Assembly (NCBI GenBank): GCA_963662795.1
Contig: OY759746.1
Coordinates: 3,200,001-3,264,000 of the forward strand
Direction: 5' to 3'
DNA: 64,000 nucleotides
Source: Spirochaetia bacterium
GTDB lineage: Bacteria; Spirochaetota; Spirochaetia; CADAEX01
Below, in pieces: positions 37,122-46,884 of the stretch. Positions within the stretch are counted from its first letter, which is position 1. Every line of letters starts with the position of its first letter. The notes under the pieces are model-generated. The model saw nothing but the letters and a program-made list of their open reading frames with translations. It searched no databases and was not told where the DNA came from. The translations under genes and the position numbers were made by a program.

Positions 37122-38693
37122 TTAATTTTCACCCAGAACATATGTGTTGTAATAATAATCAATACTGTCGATCAGCGCTTCCCATGATGCTTCAACAATA
37201 TTTTCCGAAACTCCGACAGTATCCCATTCAATCTTATGGTCGGTTGTCGTAATAAATACTCTTACTTTCGCGGCAGACGCCGATTCAGGGTTGAGTATTC
37301 GCACCTTGTAGTCAATCAGGCTGATTTTTTTGAGAAAAGGGTAGTGCGGAGTCAGGGCATCCCTCAAAGCCTTGTCAAGAGTATCGACAGGGCCGACGCT
37401 TACGGCAGCTCCAAGAACATTTTTTCCCAGTGATTGCATGAATATCCTGCCGACAGTTTTGCTCGGAGTATCACCTGTTTTGTAGGATTCAAGGTGATAG
37501 TTATTCAATTCGATAATTGGTTCGTATTTTTTTATGGTTTTTCTAATCAGAATATCAAATGATGCTTCCGCGGCCTCATATTCATAACCCTCTTCCTCTT
37601 TTTCCTTGAGGACCTCAATGAGGTTCTGAACCTCGGTGCTTCCTTTGTCAAATTCTCCGTATTTTGCCAGTTTATTGACAATAGTGGATTTGCCTGAAAG
37701 TTCAGAAAGCAGTATTTTTCTTGAATTGCCGACAAGCTTGCTGTCAATATGCTCCATCAGGTCAGGGGCCTTGTTGATAACGTCTGCATGCTGCCCCGCT
37801 TTGTGGCTGAATGCTGCTTCCCCTACATAGGGCTGTCTTTTTTCAGGTATGATATTTCCAATTTCATAAACATATCTCGAAAGAGATGTTATCCTGCTGA
37901 TTTCCGGGGCAATGCTGGCGTCATAGTCAGTTTTGAGGCAGATATTGGGCGCAATAGCGCAAAGATTTGCGTTGCCGCATCTCTCCCCCCAGCCGTTTAT
38001 CGTTCCCTGTATCTGGATTGCGCCGTAATCAAGGGCTAAAATCGAATTGGCTACAGCTGTACCGCAGTCATTGTGAAAATGAACCCCGAGCGGGGCAAGC
38101 TTATCAACAGGAAGTTTTTTCAGTATATTTATCACTTCGGAGGGGAGAACTCCTCCATTGGTATCGCACAGGACAAGGGTTTTAGCCCCTGCATCAGACG
38201 CAGTCCGGAGAACTTTTATTGCGTATTCGCTGTCATCCTTGAATCCGTCAAAAAAATGTTCAAGGTCAAAGAGAACTGTTCTTCCCTGTTTTTTAAGATA
38301 TGCAATTGAATCGTGAATCATCTCAAGATTTTCCTCAGGCGATGTTCCGAGAACTCTTTCAACATGCCCTTTCCAGGTTTTTCCCACGATCATAATATGT
38401 TCAACTTCAGCCTGAAGCAGCGCATTTAAATGATTATCTTTATCTGCCGCAATTCCCGGTTTTTTGGTTGAGCCGAAAGCGACAATTTTTGCGTGCGACA
38501 ATTTCTCTTTATTCATATGAGTGAAAAAAGATGCCTCTTTTTTATTGGCAAGCGGAAACCCTCCTTCTATATAGTCGAATTTCATCTCATCAAGTTTGTG
38601 GGCAATCTTTATCTTGTCTGTAAGCGTAAAGTTTATTTCAATTCCCTGCATTCCGTCACGCAGTGTTGTGTCATATAGTTCAATTTTTTTCAT
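37122..38693 (-). CDS. cimA: Citramalate synthase
   Basis: YDTTLRDG.Q, YIEGGFP, AFGST, EHFFDG, LCDTNGG, HFHND, GERCGNANL, AFSHKAG.H, YEAAEASF, W.TVGVSENIVEASW. Confidence 0.88.
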   Translation of the reverse strand: MKKIELYDTTLRDGMQGIEINFTLTDKIKIAHKLDEMKFDYIEGGFPLANKKEASFFTHMNKEKLSHAKIVAFGSTKKPGIAADKDNHLNALLQAEVEHIMIVGKTWKGHVERVLGTSPEENLEMIHDSIAYLKKQGRTVLFDLEHFFDGFKDDSEYAIKVLRTASDAGAKTLVLCDTNGGVLPSEVINILKKLPVDKLAPLGVHFHNDCGTAVANSILALDYGAIQIQGTINGWGERCGNANLCAIAPNICLKTDYDASIAPEISRITSLSRYVYEIGNIIPEKRQPYVGEAAFSHKAGQHADVINKAPDLMEHIDSKLVGNSRKILLSELSGKSTIVNKLAKYGEFDKGSTEVQNLIEVLKEKEEEGYEYEAAEASFDILIRKTIKKYEPIIELNNYHLESYKTGDTPSKTVGRIFMQSLGKNVLGAAVSVGPVDTLDKALRDALTPHYPFLKKISLIDYKVRILNPESASAAKVRVFITTTDHKIEWDTVGVSENIVEASWEALIDSIDYYYNTYVLGEN

Positions 38694-40206
38694 TATTCAT
38701 TTCCTTTGATAGCAGTATTTTATTAAGCGCGCTTACGTATGCGATTGCACTTGCTTCAAGAATATCTGTTGATGAACCCCTTCCTTTTGAATCAACTCCG
38801 TCCACAGAAATTGAAACCTGTACTTCTCCCATCGCCTGTTTTCCAGGTGTAACCGCATGTACCTTGTATTCTTTAAGTATGGCGTTGACTCCTATTGCCC
38901 TTTCAATTGCCCTGAAAATAGCATCGACCGGGCCGTCTCCTGTTGCAGCTTCTTCCAGTACAGTATCATTATGTCTTATTTTAATGGTCGCCGTAGGAAT
39001 GGAAGTATTGCCGGATAATATATTAAAATATTCAAGTTTGTAGGATGATGAGTACATTCCAAGTTCGTCAATTATAATTGTAATGAGATCTTCGTCATAA
39101 ACCTCTTTTTTTCTGTCCGCAATATAGAGAAATTTGTCAAATATTTTTTTTGACTCTTCTTCTGATATGACAAAACCAAGCTCGCCAATTCTTTTTTTGA
39201 ATCCGTGGAATCCGGAATGCCTACCCAGAACAATATCGCTGCTGCCCCTGCCAATTGAGGAGGGAGTCATGATTTCATAGGTTTCCCTGTGTTTTAACAG
39301 TCCGTCCTGGTGGATTCCTGATTCATGGGCAAATGCGTTATCGCCCACAACGGGTTTGTTTCTTGAGATTTCAAGCCCTGTAATGTTTGAAATAAGTCTT
39401 GATGAATTATATATCTGATTTGTTTTGATGTTAGTGGTATATTTAAGCAGGTCTTTTCTGACTGACATAACCATGATTAATTCTTCAAGAGCGGCGTTGC
39501 CGGCCCTTTCTCCAATTCCGTTGATTGTCACTTCTGCCTGTCTTGCTCCGGCCTCTATGGCGGCAAGGGTGTTGGCAACCGCAAGTCCAAGATCGTTATG
39601 GCAATGCACAGAGATAATTGCCTTGTCAATATTGGGTACATTGTTTTTTATCCCGGTTATTATATTACTCATCTCCTGCGGGATTGTGTAGCCTACCGTA
39701 TCCGGTATATTGATGATTGTCGCACCGGCCTCTATTACTTTTTCTATTATTGAATATAAAAACGGCAGGTCACTTCTGGTTGCGTCTTCAGGTGAAAACT
39801 CAACTTCCGCGGCCTTGTTCTTCGCGTATTTTACAGCTTTTACTGCCATCTGAATTATTTCTTCAGGGGGTTTGTTGAATTTGTATTTCATGTGTATTGG
39901 TGATGTTGCGATAAAGGTGTGGATCCTTGAATGCTGTGCTTTTGCTACTGCTTCTGCTGCAATATCAATATCCTTTTCAACCGCTCTTGCGAGCGCAGTT
40001 ATAACAGGTCCCTTGATATTTTCTGAAATCATTTTGCAGGCCTGAAACTGCTGGGGAGATGAAACAGGAAACCCGGTTTCAATCGCGTCAACTCCCATCC
40101 TTGATATCTGTACAGCAACCTCATATTTTTGTTCCACAGTCATTGATGCGCCGGGGGATTGTTCTCCGTCCCTGAGTGTCGTATCAAAAATAAATATACG
40201 CTCCAT
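38680..40206 (-). CDS. leuA: 2-isopropylmalate synthase
   Basis: [56 protein letters not shown]. Confidence 0.95.
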   Translation of the reverse strand: MERIFIFDTTLRDGEQSPGASMTVEQKYEVAVQISRMGVDAIETGFPVSSPQQFQACKMISENIKGPVITALARAVEKDIDIAAEAVAKAQHSRIHTFIATSPIHMKYKFNKPPEEIIQMAVKAVKYAKNKAAEVEFSPEDATRSDLPFLYSIIEKVIEAGATIINIPDTVGYTIPQEMSNIITGIKNNVPNIDKAIISVHCHNDLGLAVANTLAAIEAGARQAEVTINGIGERAGNAALEELIMVMSVRKDLLKYTTNIKTNQIYNSSRLISNITGLEISRNKPVVGDNAFAHESGIHQDGLLKHRETYEIMTPSSIGRGSSDIVLGRHSGFHGFKKRIGELGFVISEEESKKIFDKFLYIADRKKEVYDEDLITIIIDELGMYSSSYKLEYFNILSGNTSIPTATIKIRHNDTVLEEAATGDGPVDAIFRAIERAIGVNAILKEYKVHAVTPGKQAMGEVQVSISVDGVDSKGRGSSTDILEASAIAYVSALNKILLSKEMNNEKN

Positions 40207-40287
40207 TAAAAAACTCCTTTTAAAATTTCAACTTGAAAATTCTGCTTAACAATTCAATTAAAAATCCGGTCGATAAATTAATTGAAT

Positions 40288-40322
40288 AAAAAAAAACCGT
40301 CCAACCCTTGCGGGAAGGACGG
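40288..40322 (-). terminator. Attenuator terminator upstream of leuA
   Basis: Minus strand CCGTCC-TT-CCC-GCAA-GGG-TT-GGACGG followed by T9, about 80 nt before the leuA start. Confidence 0.88.
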
Positions 40323-40348
40323 CGTAAAAGCCGATACAAAACAACAGT

Positions 40349-40444
40349 TTATCCTTCCTGCATACCATTCCCTGTTAGTAGAATGATGTTAATGAGTAGG
40401 ATAATAATAGAAATAATGGTTTTCTGTCTGTAATTAATATTCAT
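40349..40444 (-). CDS. Ile/Leu-rich attenuator leader peptide of the leuA-cimA operon (31 aa)
   Basis: MNINYRQKTIISIIILLINIILLTGNGMQEG*: 9 Ile and 4 Leu (three CTA), no Val. Its 3' end GGAAGGAT can pair with GTCCTTCC in the terminator 5' arm. Confidence 0.85.
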   Translation of the reverse strand: MNINYRQKTIISIIILLINIILLTGNGMQEG

Positions 40445-40565
40445 TGTGCATATAATTAACCGGCACATAAAAAAAGTCAAGACTTTTTTTATATTTTAGC
40501 TGATGCGCTGTTCTTTTTTTATTTATTGCTTGACCATGTTAATTTTATAACTGAAAATATTAATT

Positions 40566-42335
40566 ATGGGTGTATTAAAAGGGTTCGAACAGCTGGCCCA
40601 TGAACTTCCTGAAGATGAACGGAATGACCTGCTGAATGAACTTAAAGACGAACTCCGCGCTTATTCCAATACCGGGCATGTTGATACAGCAGATGAAAAT
40701 TCTGCTGTTGACCTTTCCGCAGCAGAAAATGAAGAGGGATCAATAAAGGATCCAAAATATCTGGAGAAGATCTACAGCAAAATACCTCTAGTCGAGAAAA
40801 TAATGGTAATTTTCAGAAAACTGTTCACAGGTAAAAGTATTGAACAGCTTATTGAAGATTATATTCTTAAGAAACTTGGAAAGGAAATTGAAGCCTCATT
40901 CCCGGGGCTGATTGACGCAAAGAACAGCAGACTAAAAGAACGTTTTTACAGTGAAATATCCATATTTGCCGGGAGTATTGATGTTTTTTCCCAGCCCATA
41001 AATTATATAAGCAAGGCGGGACCTGCGTTATTTTACCGCTATGCAGCATCCAGGGAAATGTCGGGTTTTGAAGAACATCTTAAACAGAATACCAGCCCTG
41101 AATCAATTTATGCTTCCGGAAGTCTAAAAAATTATGAAGACTTAAAGCTCGAGATCAATGTTAAATATAATGAAATTATGGATTCTGTTGATGCTGATGA
41201 AAAAAAGAACATGTATGGACTCGCACGTTCACTTTTTTATGTAACCCAGCTGGTCTTATATCCCTATGAATTACTTAAAAAAAATTTTGTTATTGATGCA
41301 AGCGGTTACAGATTCTGTCAGTTTGCAGGCGCAAGAAAACTTTTAGGACAGCTGGACACCCTTATCACCAGTATGACATCGGAAATAATGGATTATCAAT
41401 TGTTCTGCAATTATCTTTTTGATTTTTATTTAACAGGCAATGAAACAGGCACAGACTCTTCAGGTACTGACGAATATCCTGCAAAAGCAAAAAAGAAGGC
41501 AATGGAGGCTGTGTCTCAAATTTATTCACTTAAAAAAACAATTCCTTTCAAAAAAATACTTAAACTGATATATAAAAATACTGAATATAAACCAGGCCGT
41601 ATTTCCGGCGGTGAAGAGTGGTTTGCCATATATAAACAGCTTCTTAAGGATGAAATTGATGAAATAACTGAAAATTTCATATTCAGACAGAAGAAAAAGA
41701 GTGTTGTAGCAAAAATGAGAGCATTTATTCCGGAAATGCCGGTGGCTGAAAAGTATTATTTTATATTCAGACTCGGCAGTAATTCTTTCCCTCTTAAAAA
41801 ATCAAATCTGTTATATTATTTATACATATTTTATCAAAAATATTACATGAAGATAGTTGAAAAAACAGCATCAGTAATCATGCTTGACGGCAATTTTTAC
41901 AAGGAATCAAATAAAAAGGAACTTAATGAGGCATTTAACCACATCAATTCTTTTAGTGAATCATATCAGGAATATGTTTCAAAAATCGGGATTGATACTC
42001 AATCAGACAATGATACTCTTTCTTATGCTCAGGATAAACATACAACCGGCGGAAAGAAAAAGAAGAAAGAAACTATGGTAAAAGTTTTGTCTAAAGAAGG
42101 GTACAGGCTTTATAAAAGTTATTATGATGCTTTTATCTCAATCAAGAATATCCTGGGCGGTGTTGCGACAGGTAACGCTTCCGGTAAATATGATACACTC
42201 TCCAATCTTTCCGTAGTCTGCGAGGAGAAAACCAGTATGTCTGTAATTGCTATTGATAAAATGTACCGGCAGCTGTCTGAAATACTCAATATCTTCAAGG
42301 AATACGATGAGCTTGAAAATGATGAATATGAATGA
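40566..42335 (+). CDS. Conserved hypothetical helical protein (resembles spirochaete DUF5312 family)
   Basis: 589-aa ORF with GGEEWF, GNFYK..N..E and YDTLSNL motifs. Family assignment is from memory only. Confidence 0.55.
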   Translation: MGVLKGFEQLAHELPEDERNDLLNELKDELRAYSNTGHVDTADENSAVDLSAAENEEGSIKDPKYLEKIYSKIPLVEKIMVIFRKLFTGKSIEQLIEDYILKKLGKEIEASFPGLIDAKNSRLKERFYSEISIFAGSIDVFSQPINYISKAGPALFYRYAASREMSGFEEHLKQNTSPESIYASGSLKNYEDLKLEINVKYNEIMDSVDADEKKNMYGLARSLFYVTQLVLYPYELLKKNFVIDASGYRFCQFAGARKLLGQLDTLITSMTSEIMDYQLFCNYLFDFYLTGNETGTDSSGTDEYPAKAKKKAMEAVSQIYSLKKTIPFKKILKLIYKNTEYKPGRISGGEEWFAIYKQLLKDEIDEITENFIFRQKKKSVVAKMRAFIPEMPVAEKYYFIFRLGSNSFPLKKSNLLYYLYIFYQKYYMKIVEKTASVIMLDGNFYKESNKKELNEAFNHINSFSESYQEYVSKIGIDTQSDNDTLSYAQDKHTTGGKKKKKETMVKVLSKEGYRLYKSYYDAFISIKNILGGVATGNASGKYDTLSNLSVVCEEKTSMSVIAIDKMYRQLSEILNIFKEYDELENDEYE

Positions 42336-43035
42336 ATACAGTAATCTGCTGCATTCCATGAAATTCCCGGGGACAGATGTACCGGGTGCTTTTCTGACAA
42401 AATCCTCTTCAGGCGATATGGGAAGAAACAGCCTGCCTGCAAATAAGAACCGCCTTGAAATCATGAATCTGCTCGGAATAAAGGATCTTGTAACCCTCAA
42501 TCAGAATCATACACGGATAGTCTTTACTGCTGATGAAATTGCCGGTCTGACAAATGTTACAGGTGACGGTCTGATAACGGCAGGGCGGGAAACGCTTGCG
42601 GTAACGGTTGCGGACTGTCTGCCCATTTTCCTTTTTGACGGGGTAAAAAAAGTGTACGGCATTGTCCATTCAGGATGGAAAGGGACAGGGATTGCTGTAA
42701 ATGCTTTAAGGAAAATGGGAAAAGAGTATGGATCAAGGGCTTCAGATATCAGCGTTATTATCGGCCCCTCAATAGGGAAATGCTGCTATGAGGTGGACAG
42801 GGAGAGGGCGGAAAACTTTGCTTCTGAATGGGGCAGCGATTCAGTTGTCCACAACGGATCACATTTTTTTCTTGACCTGCAGAAAGCCAACCTGACAGCA
42901 CTTACCGCGGAAGGGATAAAGACTATCGAAATTGCAGATGCATGTACCTGCTGCGGCAGCGGGTTTTACTCATACAGAAGGGACGGGGCCAAAGAATTTT
43001 CTCTTATGCTTGCACTAATCGGCTATTTTGGATAA
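42328..43035 (+). CDS. pgeF: YfiH/PgeF family (peptidoglycan editing factor / purine nucleoside phosphorylase-like)
   Basis: QNH, GDGLIT, VADCLP, HSGWKG, IGPSIG.CCYEV, CTCC, FYSYRR. Confidence 0.88.
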   Translation: MNEYSNLLHSMKFPGTDVPGAFLTKSSSGDMGRNSLPANKNRLEIMNLLGIKDLVTLNQNHTRIVFTADEIAGLTNVTGDGLITAGRETLAVTVADCLPIFLFDGVKKVYGIVHSGWKGTGIAVNALRKMGKEYGSRASDISVIIGPSIGKCCYEVDRERAENFASEWGSDSVVHNGSHFFLDLQKANLTALTAEGIKTIEIADACTCCGSGFYSYRRDGAKEFSLMLALIGYFG

Positions 43036-43044
43036 TTTATTCTC

Positions 43045-44781
43045 ATGAAAGATATCAAAGTGCAGCTCCAGAAAAAAGTTTATAAAGCTATAAAAAAAAT
43101 AGCCGGAGATAATGAAATACTCCCTGAAAATGTGATAGTTGAAAACCCACCAAAGCCGGAACTGGGCGATATAGCATTTCCCATGTTCCCCTACGCAAAG
43201 ATATTAAAAAAATCTCCTGCTTCAATTGCAGTCCTGATTTCTGACATCCTATCGGCTGATGACAATCTCAACATGTACAAACCTGAAGGCCCGTATGTCA
43301 ATATCAGACTCGGAAGGGAGAATATAACAAAGCAGACATTTTCTGATGTCGAAGAGAAAAAAGACAGATACGGATTCAATACATCAAGACAGAATGAAAA
43401 GATAATGGTCGAGTTTTCCTGCCCGAATACCAATAAGCCTCTTCATCTTGGACATCTGAGAAATGACTCGATTGGTGAAAGTATTTCAAAAATACTCGCA
43501 TTCAACGGAGCTGCCGTGTCAAAGGTCAACCTTATAAACGACAGGGGAATACATATCTGTAAATCAATGCTTGCCTACAGGGAATTCGGAGGAGGAACTA
43601 CACCTGAATCTGAAAAAATCAAAAGTGATCATTTTGTCGGAAAATACTATGTCGAGTTTGACAAGTGGCTTAAGAAAAATCCTGAGGCTGATAAAATGGC
43701 CCGTGATATGCTTCTTGCCTGGGAAAAAGGCGACCCTGAAGTTAGGGATCTCTGGACTAAAATGAATAAATGGACTGTTGACGGCATTGAAGAAACATAC
43801 AGAAAGACAGGAGTCTCCTTTGACAGGATATATTATGAAAGTCAGACATATACGGCAGGCAGGGATGAAATTCTTAAAGGGCTTGAAAAAGGGGTTTTTT
43901 ACAGGGATGAGAATAACACGGTGTGGGTTGATCTATCTGATATAAATCTGGACAAAAAAGTCCTTTTAAGGGGAGACGGAACATCGCTTTATCTTACCCA
44001 GGATATCGGGACTGCCATTGCCCGCCATAATGACTGGCCGTTCAATACACTGATTTATGTAGTAGCATCCGAACAGCAGTACCACTTTAAAGTCCTTTTC
44101 CATATACTCGGAAAACTCGGCTATGAATGGGCTGATAAGCTTTATCATCTTTCCTACGGAATGGTTAATCTTCCTGAGGGGAGAATGAAATCAAGGGAGG
44201 GCACGGTTGTGGATGCCGATGATTTAATAGCGGAATTATCCGCTCTTGCCGCCGCCGAGATAAAAAACAAGGAGAGGGAAGAAGAGGTCGGCAATATCGA
44301 TTCGACTTCGGAGAAGATTGCACTTGGAGCATTGAATTATTTTCTCCTTTCCGCGGCGCCGACAAAGGATATGATATTTAACCCGGCCGAATCACTCTCT
44401 TTTAACGGTAACACAGGCCCTTATCTGCAATATATGGGAGCAAGAATCAGCAGCATATTGAGAAAATACGGAAACACGGAAGAGCTTAAAAAGGTGGATC
44501 TAAGCCTTCTGAGCCTTGACGATGAATGGGAAATCATAAAACTTATCCATATTTTTCCTGAGACAGTAGAAGAGGCTGGACGGGAACTGAACCCATCCCT
44601 GCTTGCCTCCTATATTTATGAGCTGGCAAAAAAATTCAGTAAATATTACCATGATTATCCTGTGCTTAATAACGAGAATAAGTCACTTGTAGGCGCAAGG
44701 GCAGCTCTTTGCAGCGCGGTAAGGCAGGTTTTCGAGAACTGTTTCAGCCTTATCGGCATACCTTATCTTGATGCCATGTGA
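43045..44781 (+). CDS. argS: Arginine--tRNA ligase
   Basis: EFSCPNTNKPLHLGHLRN, DGTSLY.TQD, YVV..EQ..HF, MKSREG, GNTGPYLQY..ARI.S. Confidence 0.97.
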   Translation: MKDIKVQLQKKVYKAIKKIAGDNEILPENVIVENPPKPELGDIAFPMFPYAKILKKSPASIAVLISDILSADDNLNMYKPEGPYVNIRLGRENITKQTFSDVEEKKDRYGFNTSRQNEKIMVEFSCPNTNKPLHLGHLRNDSIGESISKILAFNGAAVSKVNLINDRGIHICKSMLAYREFGGGTTPESEKIKSDHFVGKYYVEFDKWLKKNPEADKMARDMLLAWEKGDPEVRDLWTKMNKWTVDGIEETYRKTGVSFDRIYYESQTYTAGRDEILKGLEKGVFYRDENNTVWVDLSDINLDKKVLLRGDGTSLYLTQDIGTAIARHNDWPFNTLIYVVASEQQYHFKVLFHILGKLGYEWADKLYHLSYGMVNLPEGRMKSREGTVVDADDLIAELSALAAAEIKNKEREEEVGNIDSTSEKIALGALNYFLLSAAPTKDMIFNPAESLSFNGNTGPYLQYMGARISSILRKYGNTEELKKVDLSLLSLDDEWEIIKLIHIFPETVEEAGRELNPSLLASYIYELAKKFSKYYHDYPVLNNENKSLVGARAALCSAVRQVFENCFSLIGIPYLDAM

Positions 44782-44865
44782 TAATTTAAAAATCTGCTCC
44801 TATTGACCAGTCCTGATTATTATGATATATCAATATACTGAAATTCAGTATATGGTGGGAAAAAA

Positions 44866-45183
44866 ATGTACGCACTGGTAGAAATCAAAGGTAAGCAGTA
44901 TAAAGCAGAAAAAGGTTCTGTTTTAAGAATCGACAGAGTAGAGCTGGAAAAGGGAAATGAACTGGAATTTGACAAGGTATTGATGCTTAGAGGCGATAAG
45001 GATGATATAAAAATTGGAATGCCTTATCTTGCAGGCGTTAAAGTTCAGGCAGTAGTTGAAGATCAGATCAGGGATAAAAAAGTAGTTGTATTTAAATACA
45101 AGAAAAGAAAAAACTACAGAAGAACAAAAGGGCACAAACAGCCCTATACAATGATTAAAGTCAGCGAAATTACAGGTGCCTGA
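44866..45183 (+). CDS. rplU: 50S ribosomal protein L21
   Basis: MYALVEIKGKQYK, FKYKKRKNYRR.KGHKQPYT. Confidence 0.97.
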   Translation: MYALVEIKGKQYKAEKGSVLRIDRVELEKGNELEFDKVLMLRGDKDDIKIGMPYLAGVKVQAVVEDQIRDKKVVVFKYKKRKNYRRTKGHKQPYTMIKVSEITGA

Positions 45184-45195
45184 GGAGGCATAATT

Positions 45196-45561
45196 ATCCT
45201 TGAAATAACGGTATGTCTTGACGGCAGCAGGATATTAAAGTCTGTAAATGCTTCCGGGCATGCGGGTGAGGCTGTTTCAGGTAATAACATTACCTGTGCA
45301 GCAGCTACAGTGCTCCTGAGAACAGCATACAGAACCTTATTGCTGCCTGACTTTGAGACAGAAACTGTTATTTCTGCCCCCGGCGAAGGGCGGCTATATT
45401 TTGAAATTGAAAAATACAGCAGTAATCAGATAAACCGGCTTAAAGGAATTACTGATTATCTGATCACAGGATTGAAAGATCTTGCGGCTGAATATCCCGG
45501 AGAGATTAAATTGCAGGAAAAATCAGCAGATGAAAAACCTGGAAAATCAAGGAGTCGATAA
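45196..45561 (+). CDS. prp: Ribosomal-processing cysteine protease Prp (DUF464/YsxB-like) with non-canonical start
   Basis: Frame is open from 45184: ..[14 protein letters not shown]......[16 protein letters not shown] (catalytic His and Cys). No ATG/GTG/TTG before these motifs. AGGAGG at 45183-45188 precedes ATT (45193) and ATC (45196). Confidence 0.8.
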   Translation: MLEITVCLDGSRILKSVNASGHAGEAVSGNNITCAAATVLLRTAYRTLLLPDFETETVISAPGEGRLYFEIEKYSSNQINRLKGITDYLITGLKDLAAEYPGEIKLQEKSADEKPGKSRSR

Positions 45562-45812
45562 TGGCACATAAAAAAGGCGGCGGAAGCTCAAAAAACGGAA
45601 GAGATTCCAATTCACAAAGGCTGGGTATTAAAAGGTCAGGCGGACAGGTTGTTAAAGCCGGGACTATTATAGTCAGACAGCGCGGAACAAAATATCACCC
45701 CGGGATTAATGTCGGTCTCGGAACAGATTATACAATATTTGCGAAAGAAGACGGCAAGATTGTATTCAGTGACAAAAAAGGCAAAAAGGTAATTTCTGTA
45801 GAAACCCTTTAG
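45561..45812 (+). CDS. rpmA: 50S ribosomal protein L27 (short form)
   Basis: [21 protein letters not shown]. Confidence 0.97.
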   Translation: MAHKKGGGSSKNGRDSNSQRLGIKRSGGQVVKAGTIIVRQRGTKYHPGINVGLGTDYTIFAKEDGKIVFSDKKGKKVISVETL

Positions 45813-45822
45813 CAGGAGATTC

Positions 45823-46884
45823 GTGCGCGGTTTTATTGATGAAACAATTATAGAGGTCAGATCCGGAAACGGAGGACCTGGAAGTGTATCTTTTAGAAGG
45901 GAAAAGTATGTCCCCAGAGGCGGCCCTGACGGCGGAGACGGCGGAAAAGGGGGAAATGTTGTTTTCAGGGTAAAGAATAACCTTAAAACACTCTCCGGCC
46001 TCAGGTACAAAAGATTTTTTAATGCTGAAAACGGTAAACGCGGGGCTGCCAATAAAAAACATGGCCGGGATGGCCTGGATGCGGTTATCGAAGTCCCTCC
46101 CGGAACAATTATAAAAAATCCTGATACCGATGAACTAATTAAAGATCTCACAGAACTCTCCCATGAAGAAGAATGGGTTTTCCTTAAAGGGGGCAAGGGC
46201 GGCCTTGGAAATTCCAATTTTGCCACTTCAAGAAAACAGACTCCCCATTATGCCCAGCCGGGTTTGACAGGAGCGGAGAGAAAAATAAAAGTAGAGCTGA
46301 ATATTATTGCGGATATTGGATTTGTCGGTTATCCTAATGCTGGCAAATCAAGCCTCCTTGAACGCCTTACAAATGCGCATCCCAGGATAGCAAGCTATGC
46401 TTTTACTACAAAAATACCAAACCTCGGCGTTTACAGACTTGGAGAACAGGATCTTATTCTTGCGGATATTCCCGGAATAATTGAAGGTGCTTCAGGCGGC
46501 GCCGGGCTGGGACTGAGATTTCTCAAGCATATCAGCAGAACAAGAGGGCTTTTGTTTCTGATTGATCTGACGGATGAGAATTATCTTGAAAGTTTTCCCA
46601 TCCTCCTGAATGAGCTTAAGACATTTTCCAGTGAACTGGCATCAAGAAAAAGAGTCATTCTCGGCACTAAAATGGATGTTGAAGGAACAGAGGAAGCACT
46701 TGAAAAACTTGCTGAAAAATACAAAGAGGAAGAGGTCGTCGGAATATCTGTATTTTCAGGAAAGGGAATTGACGGGTTTAACAAATTATTCTATTCCATG
46801 TTAAGCGGAATTGAGGAAAATGAAAATTCGGCTGAAATAACTAAATCCGGCGGCTTTGATATTGAAGAAAAAAGTTCCTCATGA
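45823..46884 (+). CDS. obgE: GTPase ObgE/CgtA
   Basis: FRREKYVPRGGPDGGDGG, GYPNAGKSS, YAFTT..PNLG, ADIPG. Confidence 0.96.
   Translation: MRGFIDETIIEVRSGNGGPGSVSFRREKYVPRGGPDGGDGGKGGNVVFRVKNNLKTLSGLRYKRFFNAENGKRGAANKKHGRDGLDAVIEVPPGTIIKNPDTDELIKDLTELSHEEEWVFLKGGKGGLGNSNFATSRKQTPHYAQPGLTGAERKIKVELNIIADIGFVGYPNAGKSSLLERLTNAHPRIASYAFTTKIPNLGVYRLGEQDLILADIPGIIEGASGGAGLGLRFLKHISRTRGLLFLIDLTDENYLESFPILLNELKTFSSELASRKRVILGTKMDVEGTEEALEKLAEKYKEEEVVGISVFSGKGIDGFNKLFYSMLSGIEENENSAEITKSGGFDIEEKSSS

Noticed and set aside
37122-40206. Two adjacent LeuA-like genes as a recent duplication
   Set aside because: They carry distinct family signatures (LeuA versus CimA) and represent a known pair of paralogous enzymes.
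45181-45183. rplU TGA as a selenocysteine codon
   Set aside because: No SECIS-like hairpin recognised downstream, L21 ends at its normal length, and a strong SD overlapping the stop favours re-initiation.
45636-46226. 196-aa Pro-rich minus-strand ORF
   Set aside because: Antisense to rpmA/obgE; the proline runs mirror Obg glycine codons.
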